Of a DNA stretch of 64,000 nucleotides, positions 29,865 through 39,119 are shown one piece after another (position 1 is the first letter of the stretch; every line of letters begins with the position of its first letter). Location: NCBI GenBank assembly GCA_947501005.1, contig CANMTU010000001.1, positions 2,719,407-2,783,406 on the forward strand, read 5' to 3'. The position numbers and the translations under genes were made by a program. The notes under the pieces were generated by a model that did no database searches, was not told the origin of the DNA, and was given only the letters and a program-made list of their open reading frames with translations. This DNA comes from an uncultured Erythrobacter sp. (GTDB lineage: Bacteria > Pseudomonadota > Alphaproteobacteria > Sphingomonadales > Sphingomonadaceae).

Positions 29865-30680
29865 ATGGGTTACGATAGAGGACGCCGTCGGGGACGGGAC
29901 AAACGCGACGGTTTTGGGGAAGACAGTTTCGATCCGTTCGGCGGTCCGGGTGGTGGCGGCGGTTTCGAATCGCAGGGCGGCTTCGGCGGCGGCGGTGATC
30001 GCTTCGGCGGCGGCAACGACCGTTTCGGCGGTGGCGGCGGTGACCGATTCGGTGGCGGCAACCGTGGCGGCGGCGGCGGATTCGGCGGCGGCGGAAATCG
30101 CGGTGGCGGGTTCGGTGGCGGCAACCGTGGCGGCGGTGGTGGCGGCGGCGGAAGCCGCATGCCTGCACAGGTCGTCGGAACCGGCAAGGGAACGGTCAAG
30201 TTCTTCAACGCGCAAAAGGGCTTCGGCTTCATCCAGCAGGATAGCGGCGGGGAAGACATCTTCGTCCATATCAGCGCGGTCGAACGCGCCGGCCTCGAAG
30301 GTCTGGGCGAAGGCCAGGAACTGGAATTCAACCTGGTTGATCGGGGCGGGAAGGTCTCGGCCCAGGATCTCCAGGTCGTGGGCGACGTCGTTCCGGTGCA
30401 GGACAGCGGCGGCGGTGCCGGCGGCAGCAGGGATCGCGAGAGCGCCCCGCGCCGCGAACTCACCGGCGAAAAGGCGGTGGGTACGGTGAAATTCTTCAAT
30501 TCCATGAAGGGTTTCGGCTTCCTGACGCGCGACGATGGCCAGCCCGATGCGTTCGTGCACATCAGTGCGGTGGAACGTTCGGGCCTCAGCAGCCTCAACG
30601 AAGGCGAGCGGTACGAATTCGATCTCGAAGTCGACCGACGCGGAAAGCATTCGGCGGTGAACCTCGTCCCTGCGGAGTAA
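29865..30680 (+). CDS. Cold-shock protein with Gly/Arg-rich N-terminus and two CSDs
   Basis: Two GTVKFFN..KGFGF..FVHISAV domains; N-terminal DRFGGG repeats. Confidence 0.93.
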   Translation: MGYDRGRRRGRDKRDGFGEDSFDPFGGPGGGGGFESQGGFGGGGDRFGGGNDRFGGGGGDRFGGGNRGGGGGFGGGGNRGGGFGGGNRGGGGGGGGSRMPAQVVGTGKGTVKFFNAQKGFGFIQQDSGGEDIFVHISAVERAGLEGLGEGQELEFNLVDRGGKVSAQDLQVVGDVVPVQDSGGGAGGSRDRESAPRRELTGEKAVGTVKFFNSMKGFGFLTRDDGQPDAFVHISAVERSGLSSLNEGERYEFDLEVDRRGKHSAVNLVPAE

Positions 30681-30748
30681 CGCAAGGGCGCCTGCCCCGA
30701 CGGTTTGACCGGCAAGGCGGCAGGGCATACATCGTCGACCAAGCTACG

Positions 30749-30787
30749 AATGGCGACCTCCCCTGCGGAGGTCGCCATTTGGTTTTA
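30749..30787 (+). terminator. Terminator after cold-shock gene
   Basis: 13-bp stem AATGGCGACCTCC/GGAGGTCGCCATT then TGGTTTT. Confidence 0.65.
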
Positions 30788-30812
30788 CAATCACGCTACT
30801 TTCGGAGCTGCC

Positions 30813-32003
30813 ATGTCGATTCCGCCCCTCATGCCCGTCTATCCCCGCTGCGACGTTCGCCCGGTAGAAGGCGATAAGTGTCACCTGATCGACGAGGACG
30901 GCACGCGGTATCTCGACTTTGCCAGCGGCATCGCGGTCAACCTGCTCGGCCATTCGCATCCCGGGCTGATCGGCGCGATCCAGCAGCAGGCCGCCAGATT
31001 GATGCACGTCTCCAACCTCTATGGCAGCCCGCAGGGCGAGGCGCTGGCGCAGCGGCTGGTCGACAAGACCTTCGCCGACACGGTCTTCTTCACCAATTCG
31101 GGCGCCGAAGCCGTCGAATGCGCGATCAAGACCGCGCGGGCGTATCATCAGCACGAGGACGGCAATCCGCAGCGCACCGAACTGATCACCTTTACCAGCG
31201 CATTCCACGGCCGGACCATGGCCACGATCAGCGCGTCCAATCAGGACAAGATGCACAAGGGGTTCCTGCCCCTCCTCCCCGGGTTCCGCTATGCCGAGTT
31301 CGACGATCTCGAAAGCGCGAAAGCGCAGATGAGCGACCGGACCGCCGGCTTCCTGGTCGAGCCGATCCAGGGCGAAGGCGGCATCCGCCCCGCGTCGCAG
31401 CAATTCATCGAAGGCCTGCGCGCCTTGTGCGACGAACACGACCTGATGCTGGTGTTCGACGAGGTGCAATGCGGCGTCGCGCGGACCGGCAAGCTTTACG
31501 CCTATGAGCATTACGGGGTGAAGCCGGATGTCATGGCGTCGGCGAAGGGTATCGGCGGCGGGTTTCCGCTCGGCGCGTGCCTGGCGACGGAAAAGGCCGC
31601 GCGGGGCATGGGCTTCGGCGCCCACGGGTCGACCTATGGCGGCAATCCCCTGGCGATGGCGGCGGGAACCGCGGTAATGGATGCGGTCGCGAACGACGAG
31701 TTCCTCGCTGAAGTGACCGAAAAGGGCGAGCGTCTCCGCGCCCGGCTCGAACAGTTCATCGGCAATTATCCCGAGCTGTTCGATCGTGTGCGCGGTCTTG
31801 GCCTGATGCTCGGCCTGCGGATGAAGGTGGAAAGCCGGCCGTTCTTCGTCCACCTGCGCGACAATCACCAATTGCTGACCGTGGCGGCGGGCGACCAGAC
31901 GCTGCGCGTGCTGCCGCCCCTGGTGGCGGGCGACGCCGAGTTCGACGAATTCTTCGAAAAGCTGTCGGCCGGCGCGGCCAGTTACGACCCGTCCGCCGCA
32001 TGA
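30813..32003 (+). CDS. argD: Acetylornithine aminotransferase
   Basis: Class III PLP motifs [28 protein letters not shown]; upstream of argF. Confidence 0.9.
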   Translation: MSIPPLMPVYPRCDVRPVEGDKCHLIDEDGTRYLDFASGIAVNLLGHSHPGLIGAIQQQAARLMHVSNLYGSPQGEALAQRLVDKTFADTVFFTNSGAEAVECAIKTARAYHQHEDGNPQRTELITFTSAFHGRTMATISASNQDKMHKGFLPLLPGFRYAEFDDLESAKAQMSDRTAGFLVEPIQGEGGIRPASQQFIEGLRALCDEHDLMLVFDEVQCGVARTGKLYAYEHYGVKPDVMASAKGIGGGFPLGACLATEKAARGMGFGAHGSTYGGNPLAMAAGTAVMDAVANDEFLAEVTEKGERLRARLEQFIGNYPELFDRVRGLGLMLGLRMKVESRPFFVHLRDNHQLLTVAAGDQTLRVLPPLVAGDAEFDEFFEKLSAGAASYDPSAA

Positions 32004-32956
32004 GCGACGCGCCCGAAACCGCCCTGCCCCCGCGCCATTTCCTCAACCTCGCCGATGCGGGCGGTGACGGAATAGCGGCCATCCTCGCCGACGCTCTCGA
32101 TCGCAAGCGCGCGCGTCAGGGCTGGCCGAAAGGGCGGGCGGACGGCGATGCGCCTCTGGCGGGCTTCGTGCTCGGGATGATCTTCGAGAAGAACTCGACC
32201 CGCACCCGCGTCAGTTTCGACATCGCGATGCGGCAATTGGGGGGGAGTGCCCTGATCCTCGAGGCAGGCACGTCGCAGATCGGCCGCGGCGAAAGCATCG
32301 CCGATACCGCACGGGTTCTCAGCCGGATGGTCGATGCCATCATGATCCGCACCGACGATCACGCAAAGGCCGAGGAACTGGCGCGGCATGCCGATGTCCC
32401 CGTGATCAACGGCCTGACCGACCTTTCGCATCCCTGCCAGATCGTCGCCGATCTCTTGACCCTGATCGAGAAGGGCAAGGCGCTGCCCGGTCTCGAGGTG
32501 GCATGGTTCGGGGACAGCAACAACGTCCTCAATTCCATCATCGAGGCCGCCGGACTGTTCCAGTTCAATGTTCGGGTCGCCTGCCCCGCCGGGTTCGAGC
32601 CGGATGCGCGGCTCATCAAAACCGCCCAAAGCAACGGCGCGCGGGTCGATATCCTGCGCGATCCTGCCCAGGCGGCGCGAGGGGCCGACGTCATGGTTAC
32701 CGATACGTGGGTCTCGATGGGCCAGGCACATGCCGATGAAAAGATCGCGGCGATGCGCCCTTACCGGATCGACGCCGATCTCATGGCCCATGCGAAAAAC
32801 GACGCGCTGTTCCTGCACTGTCTTCCGGCCCATGTCGGCGACGAAGTGACCCAAGACGTGTTCGAAGGTCCGCAATCGGTCGTCTTCGATGAAGCGGAAA
32901 ACCGCATCCATGCCCAGAAGGCGATCTTGCTATGGTGTCTGGGAAAGGTCGCCTGA
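32000..32956 (+). CDS. argF: Ornithine carbamoyltransferase
   Basis: STRTR, HPCQ, HCLP. Confidence 0.96.
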   Translation: MSDAPETALPPRHFLNLADAGGDGIAAILADALDRKRARQGWPKGRADGDAPLAGFVLGMIFEKNSTRTRVSFDIAMRQLGGSALILEAGTSQIGRGESIADTARVLSRMVDAIMIRTDDHAKAEELARHADVPVINGLTDLSHPCQIVADLLTLIEKGKALPGLEVAWFGDSNNVLNSIIEAAGLFQFNVRVACPAGFEPDARLIKTAQSNGARVDILRDPAQAARGADVMVTDTWVSMGQAHADEKIAAMRPYRIDADLMAHAKNDALFLHCLPAHVGDEVTQDVFEGPQSVVFDEAENRIHAQKAILLWCLGKVA

Positions 32957-32995
32957 CGCACTCTTCATAAATCGCGGGGGCGTGACCATATCGGT

Positions 32996-33898
32996 GTGAT
33001 GCAAGAGACCACCGAAATTTCCGAGACCTTCGCCAACAAGCCGCTTTCCTTCACCATTCCCGCGCGAAACGTTCGCGGGCGGGCGGTGCGGCTCGACACC
33101 GTGCTGGACGAGATACTGGCGGCACACGATTATCCGCCGCCGATCGCCCTGCTCCTTGCAGAGGCTCTGGTGCTCGCCACCCTGATGGGCAGCCTGCTCA
33201 AGGATGACCAGTCGCAGCTTACCATGCAGGCGCAGACCCAAGGCGGGATCGTCAAGCTGCTCGTCTGCGACTTCAAGGCCGGGGCGCTGCGCGGCTATGT
33301 CGATTTCGATGAGGAACGGCTGCGGGAACTCGGCGCCAATCCCTCGCTGTTCGCTCTGTTCGGGAAAGGGTATCTGGGGATCACTTTCGATATGGTCGGC
33401 AAGGGTCGCTATCAGGGCATCGTACCTCTGGAAGGGGAGACCCTGGGGGAGGCGTGCCAGAGCTACTTCACCCAGTCCGAACAGGTGCCAACGCTGATCC
33501 GTACCGCCGTAAAGGTCGAAGGCGGCCGCTGTGTCGCGGGGGGGTTCCTGCTGCAACACCTCGCCGAGGGAGAGGAAGGGCGGGAGCGCCTGCATGTCAG
33601 GCTGGATCATCCCGAATGGGAACACGCGGCCATCCTCGCCGGCTCTTTGCGCCATGACGAATTGCTTAGCAGCGACCTGTCGCTGGATGCGATGGTATGG
33701 CGCCTGTTCCATGAAGAGGATGAAGTTCGCATTGTTGCGGGACAGGACGTTTTTCGCGGTTGCCGCTGTTCGCGCGCGCATTACGAAACCGTGCTGGAAC
33801 AGTTCCCCGAAGAAGACCGCGCCGATATGCGCGATGCGGACGGGATCATTGCCGTCGATTGTGCATTCTGCTCCCGGAAATTCATGATCCCGGCTTGA
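32996..33898 (+). CDS. hslO: Hsp33 redox chaperone
   Basis: CRC...CAFC zinc motif, YFTQSEQVPT. Confidence 0.92.
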   Translation: MMQETTEISETFANKPLSFTIPARNVRGRAVRLDTVLDEILAAHDYPPPIALLLAEALVLATLMGSLLKDDQSQLTMQAQTQGGIVKLLVCDFKAGALRGYVDFDEERLRELGANPSLFALFGKGYLGITFDMVGKGRYQGIVPLEGETLGEACQSYFTQSEQVPTLIRTAVKVEGGRCVAGGFLLQHLAEGEEGRERLHVRLDHPEWEHAAILAGSLRHDELLSSDLSLDAMVWRLFHEEDEVRIVAGQDVFRGCRCSRAHYETVLEQFPEEDRADMRDADGIIAVDCAFCSRKFMIPA

Positions 33899-33972
33899 AG
33901 GCTCGCCGCCGCCTTTACTGGCCAATAAGCACATCGCCACGGACAAGTAGTGGATTTCGACAGGACCTGATT

Positions 33973-34374
33973 ATGCGACTATGGCCCAAACTCGCGATTG
34001 CTGCGACCGGTATGGTGGGGGCCCTCGCGGCGACGCCTTCGACCGGCCAATCGTCCCTGGCGATGCTGGACAGTCTTTCGAAAGGAAGCTGGGAGCTGAC
34101 TTATCGCAATGGTCATGCAAGTCGGCGCGTCTGTGTGCGGTCGGGCCGGGAATTCATCCGCCTCCGCCATCCCGGGGGCGATTGCAACCGGTTCGTCGTG
34201 GAAGACAGCAGGGACGGCGTAACGGTGCAGTATACCTGCCGCGGCGACGGCTACGGGCGGACCACGATCCGCCGGGAGAGCGCCGAACTCGTCCAGATCG
34301 ACAGCCAGGGGATAAAAGGCGGGCGTCCGTTCCAGTTCTCTGCCGAAGCACGCCGCACCGGCCCTTGCGGGTGA
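33973..34374 (+). CDS. Hypothetical exported protein (DUF3617-like)
   Basis: Signal peptide; paired Cys; EARRTGPC C-terminus. Confidence 0.6.
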   Translation: MRLWPKLAIAATGMVGALAATPSTGQSSLAMLDSLSKGSWELTYRNGHASRRVCVRSGREFIRLRHPGGDCNRFVVEDSRDGVTVQYTCRGDGYGRTTIRRESAELVQIDSQGIKGGRPFQFSAEARRTGPCG

Positions 34375-34413
34375 CGGTTGCCCGGCCCGCGTCAGGGCGA
34401 TAGCGGGGTTTGC

Positions 34414-35121
34414 ATGAACGCTAATGGAAACGCCACCAAGATAGCCGTGGTCCTGCTCTCCGGCGGGCTCGATTCGATGGTCTGTACGGCTATCGCAAAG
34501 GAACGCGGGTACTCTGTCCATGCGTTGACGATCGATTACGGGCAGCGCCATGCAAGGGAATTGCAGTCGGCGCGCCGGATCGTGGCCGAACTCGGCGTCG
34601 CACGGCATGTGGAGCTTCCGCTGGACCTTCGGGCGTTTGGCGGTTCCGCCCTGACCGATGATATCGACGTGCCCAAGTCCGGCGTGGGATCGGATATTCC
34701 GGTAACCTACGTACCGGCCCGCAACCTCGTTTTCCTCGCGCTTACCACGGCCTTTGCCGAGGCTGCCGGCAGCGGCGATCTGTTCATCGGGGTCAACGCG
34801 CTGGATTATTCCGGGTATCCCGATTGCCGGCCGGAATTCATCGCGAGTTTCGCGGAAACCGCGCGCTTGGGCACGAAACGCGGGGTGGAGGGCGATCCGA
34901 TCACCATCCACGCCCCCTTGCAGCATATGACGAAGGCCGAAATCGCGACCGAGACGGCGCGGCTCGACCTCGATCCCGCGTGGAGCTGGTCGTGCTACGA
35001 TCCCACACCGGAAGGGCTTGCCTGCGGGGCGTGCGATTCGTGCCGCCTGCGCCGAAAGGGGTTTGCTGAAGCGGGGGTATGCGATACCACGGCTTATGCG
35101 CCGGGTGCTCCAGCCATATAG
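34414..35121 (+). CDS. queC: 7-cyano-7-deazaguanine synthase
   Basis: SGGLDS, YVPARN, YPDCRPEF, CY..CGACDSC. Confidence 0.96.
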   Translation: MNANGNATKIAVVLLSGGLDSMVCTAIAKERGYSVHALTIDYGQRHARELQSARRIVAELGVARHVELPLDLRAFGGSALTDDIDVPKSGVGSDIPVTYVPARNLVFLALTTAFAEAAGSGDLFIGVNALDYSGYPDCRPEFIASFAETARLGTKRGVEGDPITIHAPLQHMTKAEIATETARLDLDPAWSWSCYDPTPEGLACGACDSCRLRRKGFAEAGVCDTTAYAPGAPAI

Positions 35122-35145
35122 GCCGGCCGTATAGGGAGAGGGAAT

Positions 35146-36717
35146 TTGGATAGATCGACTGTTGCCCCGCCCCCGGGCGAGGCGACCGAGAAGGTCCCGC
35201 CATACAGCTGGTACGCCTTGAGCGTCCTCGTGCTGGTCTACCTTCTGAATTTCATCGATCGCAATATCCTCTCCATCCTCGCCAACGACATCAAGGCCGA
35301 TCTCGGCCTTACCGATGCGGATCTGGGTTTTCTTTACGGTACTGCGTTCGGGGTGTTCTACGCCCTGTTCGGCATTCCGCTCGGCAGATTGGCCGACAGC
35401 TGGCATCGTATCCGCCTGATGACCCTCGGCCTGGCCCTGTGGTCGATGATGACCGCATTGTCCGGGTTCGCGACCAACCGCCTCACCTTGAGCGCCGCGC
35501 GTATCGGCGTGGGTGTGGGCGAAGCGAGCGCTAGCCCTGCCGCCTACTCCCTTATTTCCGACTGGTTTCCAAAGAAGATGCGGGCGACGGCGCTCGCGAT
35601 CTACTCTGCGGGCCTGTATCTTGGCGGCGGTATCTCACTGCTGATCGGCGGTTTGATCGTCGAGAACTGGAACGCGACCTATCCGAACGGGGGGCCGTTG
35701 GGTCTGGTCGGTTGGCAAGCGGCGTTTCTTGCCGTCGGTGTGCCGGGCCTGCTTCTGGCCCTGTGGGTGTTCACCTTACGGGAGCCGACGCGGGGCGCGA
35801 TCGAAGGCCAGCCGCAGAAAGCGGTCGATCGGCCGTTCCGGGGCTTCCTGCAGGAGCTTCTCGCGGTCATCCCGCCGCTTACCCTGATCAGTGCTGCTCA
35901 ACGGGGCATGAAAGCGCTTGCGCTGAACCTCATCGTCGGGGCGGCTATCGTCGCAATCGCGATATCCCTGGGTGCGGTGACCGAGAACTATCAGCAATGG
36001 GGCGCGATCGGCCTTGGCTATTACGCGGTGTTCTCCTGGGTCATGTCCCTGCGGGAACGGGACGCGCCGACCTTCCGGCTGATCTGGGGAAGCCCGGCGT
36101 TCCTCTACACCATCCTCGGCTATGGAATGGTCGCCTTCGCATCCTATTCCGTGTCTTTCTGGGCCGCGCCCTATGCCGAACGGGTGCTGGGGGAAGCGAA
36201 ATCCGTCGCCGGTTTCTGGATCGGCGGCGGCGGCGCCCTGGGTGGGTTCCTCGGCGTGATCCTGGGCGGACGGATCGCTGACTATTTACGCGAACGTAAT
36301 CCGGCTGGGCGGATCCTCGTTGTCGCGTTCGGTGTCCTCGCGCCGGTCGTGCCGTTGATCATCGCGTTCACGACCGAGAATACGACGCTGTTCTACTTTC
36401 TGAACTTCATCCTCTCCCTGTTCGGCAGTTCGGCTTTGGGAGCGGCCGCCGCGACGACGCAGGATCTGGTTCTCCCGCGCATGCGCGGAACCGCCACAGC
36501 GACGTTCTTTCTTGCGACGACGTTGGTCGGGTTGGCCCTCGGCCCGTATACTGCCGGCCAGGTTTCGACGCTGACCGGCAGCCTCTCCTACGGCGTGCTA
36601 TCGATGGTGTTCGCGGCCCCGGTAGGCGCCGTATTGCTATACCTTGCCTACCGGACCGTTCCGGAAGCAGAGCGTTCGATCACCGAACGCGCTCGTGCTG
36701 CCGGAGAACCTATTTAA
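35146..36717 (+). CDS. MFS transporter (spinster-like)
   Basis: LNFIDRNIL, GRLADSWHR, GVGEAS..PAAYSLISDWFP; multiple TMs. Confidence 0.88.
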   Translation: MDRSTVAPPPGEATEKVPPYSWYALSVLVLVYLLNFIDRNILSILANDIKADLGLTDADLGFLYGTAFGVFYALFGIPLGRLADSWHRIRLMTLGLALWSMMTALSGFATNRLTLSAARIGVGVGEASASPAAYSLISDWFPKKMRATALAIYSAGLYLGGGISLLIGGLIVENWNATYPNGGPLGLVGWQAAFLAVGVPGLLLALWVFTLREPTRGAIEGQPQKAVDRPFRGFLQELLAVIPPLTLISAAQRGMKALALNLIVGAAIVAIAISLGAVTENYQQWGAIGLGYYAVFSWVMSLRERDAPTFRLIWGSPAFLYTILGYGMVAFASYSVSFWAAPYAERVLGEAKSVAGFWIGGGGALGGFLGVILGGRIADYLRERNPAGRILVVAFGVLAPVVPLIIAFTTENTTLFYFLNFILSLFGSSALGAAAATTQDLVLPRMRGTATATFFLATTLVGLALGPYTAGQVSTLTGSLSYGVLSMVFAAPVGAVLLYLAYRTVPEAERSITERARAAGEPI

Positions 36718-36727
36718 GGTTGTACGC

Positions 36728-37261
36728 TTAGCTGCGCGTGAGAACGCCGCAGGCAATCCGCGAGCCGGCATCGCCGGACGGATTCGTGCGGTAATCGTCG
36801 GCACCCGAGTGCACCATGACGGCGGTGCCATCATTGTCGAATAACGCTGTCATCAGCGCATCCCGGGAATGGTCGATCGCGACTTCGGTCGTGACGGAGC
36901 CATTGGCGTTGACCTCGATATTGGGCAGGTCACCGAGGTGCTTGCCCTGTGGATTCAGGCTGCCATGCTCGTTGTTCGTGGGATTGAGGTGCCCACCTGC
37001 CGACTGGAAGTCGGGCGTGGTGCAGGTTCCGGTGGTGTGCAGATGGAAACCATGGGTCCCCGGAGCGATCCCAGAAAGGTTCACGCGCATGACCCGCTGC
37101 ATGCCTTCATCCATAAGCATGACAGTTCCGACCGATCTACCGGTCGTGTCGATCATTGGAGCGCGCGCCAGTTCGGTCGTCATATCGGATCCCGACATGG
37201 TCGAGCATCCTGCGAGCGCTAAGGCGGAAGATACGGCGAGAGCTGTGTAACGGAGTGTCAT
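36728..37261 (-). CDS. sodC: Cu/Zn superoxide dismutase lipoprotein
   Basis: Lipobox LAGC; HGFHLH, GGHLNP, HLGDLPN, GDAGSRIACG. Confidence 0.9.
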   Translation of the reverse strand: MTLRYTALAVSSALALAGCSTMSGSDMTTELARAPMIDTTGRSVGTVMLMDEGMQRVMRVNLSGIAPGTHGFHLHTTGTCTTPDFQSAGGHLNPTNNEHGSLNPQGKHLGDLPNIEVNANGSVTTEVAIDHSRDALMTALFDNDGTAVMVHSGADDYRTNPSGDAGSRIACGVLTRS

Positions 37262-37297
37262 GGTCGGTTCCTTGCATTGCGTTGCAAGAAACCAACG

Positions 37298-37326
37298 AAA
37301 AAGGGGCCGGATTGCTCCGACCCCTT
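37298..37326 (-). terminator. Terminator after ompA
   Basis: GGGGTCGG/CCGGCCCC stem followed by TTTTT on the minus strand. Confidence 0.7.
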
Positions 37327-37351
37327 CGATTTGTTTGCTGCAAAAGCAGAC

Positions 37352-38488
37352 TTACATGCCCGAACCCGGACCGTAAGTGATTTCCACGCGACGGTTCTGC
37401 AGTTCGCGAACGCCGTCGGCCGTGGGAACGCGCAGCTGGTTTTCACCGAAAGCCTCGCTACCGATACGGCCACCCGGGACACCGCGAGCGGTGAGGTAGT
37501 CACGCACCGAGGAGTTCCGACGCTCTGCAAGACCCATGTTGTAGCTTGCCGTACCCGACGTATCGGTATGACCAGCCAGCATGACCGCAGCGGTACCGCA
37601 GTTCGCATAAGCCGAGACCGCATTGTCCAGAATGGTCGCCGCTTCAGGGGTGATATTCGATTCATCCCAGTTGAAGAAGACGATGTACGGACCCTGCTGG
37701 CACGTCTGCGTAGGCGGCGGCGGAGGCGGGGGCGGAGGAGGCGGCGGCGGCGGCGGGGGCGGGGGCGGCGGCGGGGGAGGCGGCGGCGGAGCGGCACCGA
37801 AGTTGTAGCTCAGCGTCGCCATCAGCGAATGCGTCCGCAGACGGCCGTCCAGCTCACGACCGATCGAGTCGATCGGCATCACGTTCTCTGCCGTGAACAT
37901 GCGATAACGCAGGCCGATATCGACATTGTTCGTGATCGGAGCGCGAACGCCGGCGAGAAGCTGCCAGGCGAAATCGCTGCTCGCGTCGTCGATCGCATCG
38001 GGTGCCGAGGGATCGATGTTCACGCTGACATTCGTACGCGCGACGCCGGCACCGCCACCGAAGTAGCCCTGCATGCCATCATCCGGACCGAAGTCGAACA
38101 GGCCGTTCAGCATGAAGCTCAGCGCGTTGACGCCGCCAGAAACTTCGTAGTTGCCGGCAGGAAAGGTCAGGCCGTCAGCCGAACCGATCGGAATACCCGC
38201 GTTTCCGACTTCGATCGCGTCGTTATCGGCCTCGCGATAGCTCACTTCCGCTTCGAGACGGAAAGCGCCGAAGTCGTAGCCTACAAAGCCACCGACATCG
38301 TAGCCGTATTCGTAATCGATGCTCTGCTGATCGACACCGCCGTCGTCGTCGATCGCGACATCGAAGTCGAGGTCTTCCACCAGCATGGCCCCGCCTTCGA
38401 CGCCGACGTACCAGGCGTCGTCGCGGGCAAGGGCAGGCGATGCAAGGGCCGTTGAGGCCATCGCCATTCCTATGACGAATTTGCGCAT
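37352..38488 (-). CDS. OmpA family outer membrane protein
   Basis: Signal peptide, beta-barrel, 26-Pro linker, GHTD..NMGLAERR..QNRRVEI peptidoglycan-binding domain. Confidence 0.93.
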   Translation of the reverse strand: MRKFVIGMAMASTALASPALARDDAWYVGVEGGAMLVEDLDFDVAIDDDGGVDQQSIDYEYGYDVGGFVGYDFGAFRLEAEVSYREADNDAIEVGNAGIPIGSADGLTFPAGNYEVSGGVNALSFMLNGLFDFGPDDGMQGYFGGGAGVARTNVSVNIDPSAPDAIDDASSDFAWQLLAGVRAPITNNVDIGLRYRMFTAENVMPIDSIGRELDGRLRTHSLMATLSYNFGAAPPPPPPPPPPPPPPPPPPPPPPPPPPTQTCQQGPYIVFFNWDESNITPEAATILDNAVSAYANCGTAAVMLAGHTDTSGTASYNMGLAERRNSSVRDYLTARGVPGGRIGSEAFGENQLRVPTADGVRELQNRRVEITYGPGSGM

Positions 38489-38654
38489 TATTACTTTCCC
38501 CTTATTGAGAATTGGAGATACCAATGAACCGACATTTATATCCCTGCCCCGGATTCAGCAAGCAGACAATGGTTGGGAACTGTTGCACAAAAGTCGCGAT
38601 TGCCGTGCCTACTGTTTGCGGAAGAACGCAGTCTGCTAACTGATACCGCAGGGG

Positions 38655-39119
38655 TCAAAGGATGCCGGCATCGCGCAAGCTCCCGATCAACTGGCCAAGT
38701 GCCGCACGGGATTGATGGTCGACCGTATCGCCTCCGGTCGGTTCAGCCACGGCGGCTGCGGCGATCCAGCCATCGCGCCATAACAGGAACCGGTCGGTGG
38801 ATTTGTCGAACGCCCGCATACCCGCCACGGGAGGGGAAAAAGTCCATTGCTGGCCGTCCCAGCAGGTTAGCTGGTTTTCCTTGCCTCGCCACGCACCGGT
38901 CGCCGGGGCTGCCACGAGGAAAGTCTGCCCCGGTGCGGGATCCGCCGGCGGTTCTGCCATTGTCCGCTCGATTGCCGGGTGCAGCAGCATGTCGAGCCGG
39001 GCCAGGCTTTCGTTCACGTAGAACTCCCGCTGGGCCTGACCCGGAAAGAGGAAGGGAAGCCCGAAGCGGGTCGAACGGTCTTCGAAAGCGATTGCGTTGT
39101 CCATGATGTATCCTGTCAA
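38655..39119 (-). CDS. DUF2793 protein (GTA head-spike/fibre-like)
   Basis: LPFLFPGQAQREFYVNESLARLD, PATGAW.GKE..W.F..P pattern. Confidence 0.8.
   Translation of the reverse strand: MTGYIMDNAIAFEDRSTRFGLPFLFPGQAQREFYVNESLARLDMLLHPAIERTMAEPPADPAPGQTFLVAAPATGAWRGKENQLTCWDGQQWTFSPPVAGMRAFDKSTDRFLLWRDGWIAAAAVAEPTGGDTVDHQSRAALGQLIGSLRDAGIL

Noticed and set aside
34300-34413. preQ1 riboswitch before queC
   Set aside because: No AT-rich preQ1 aptamer signature visible.
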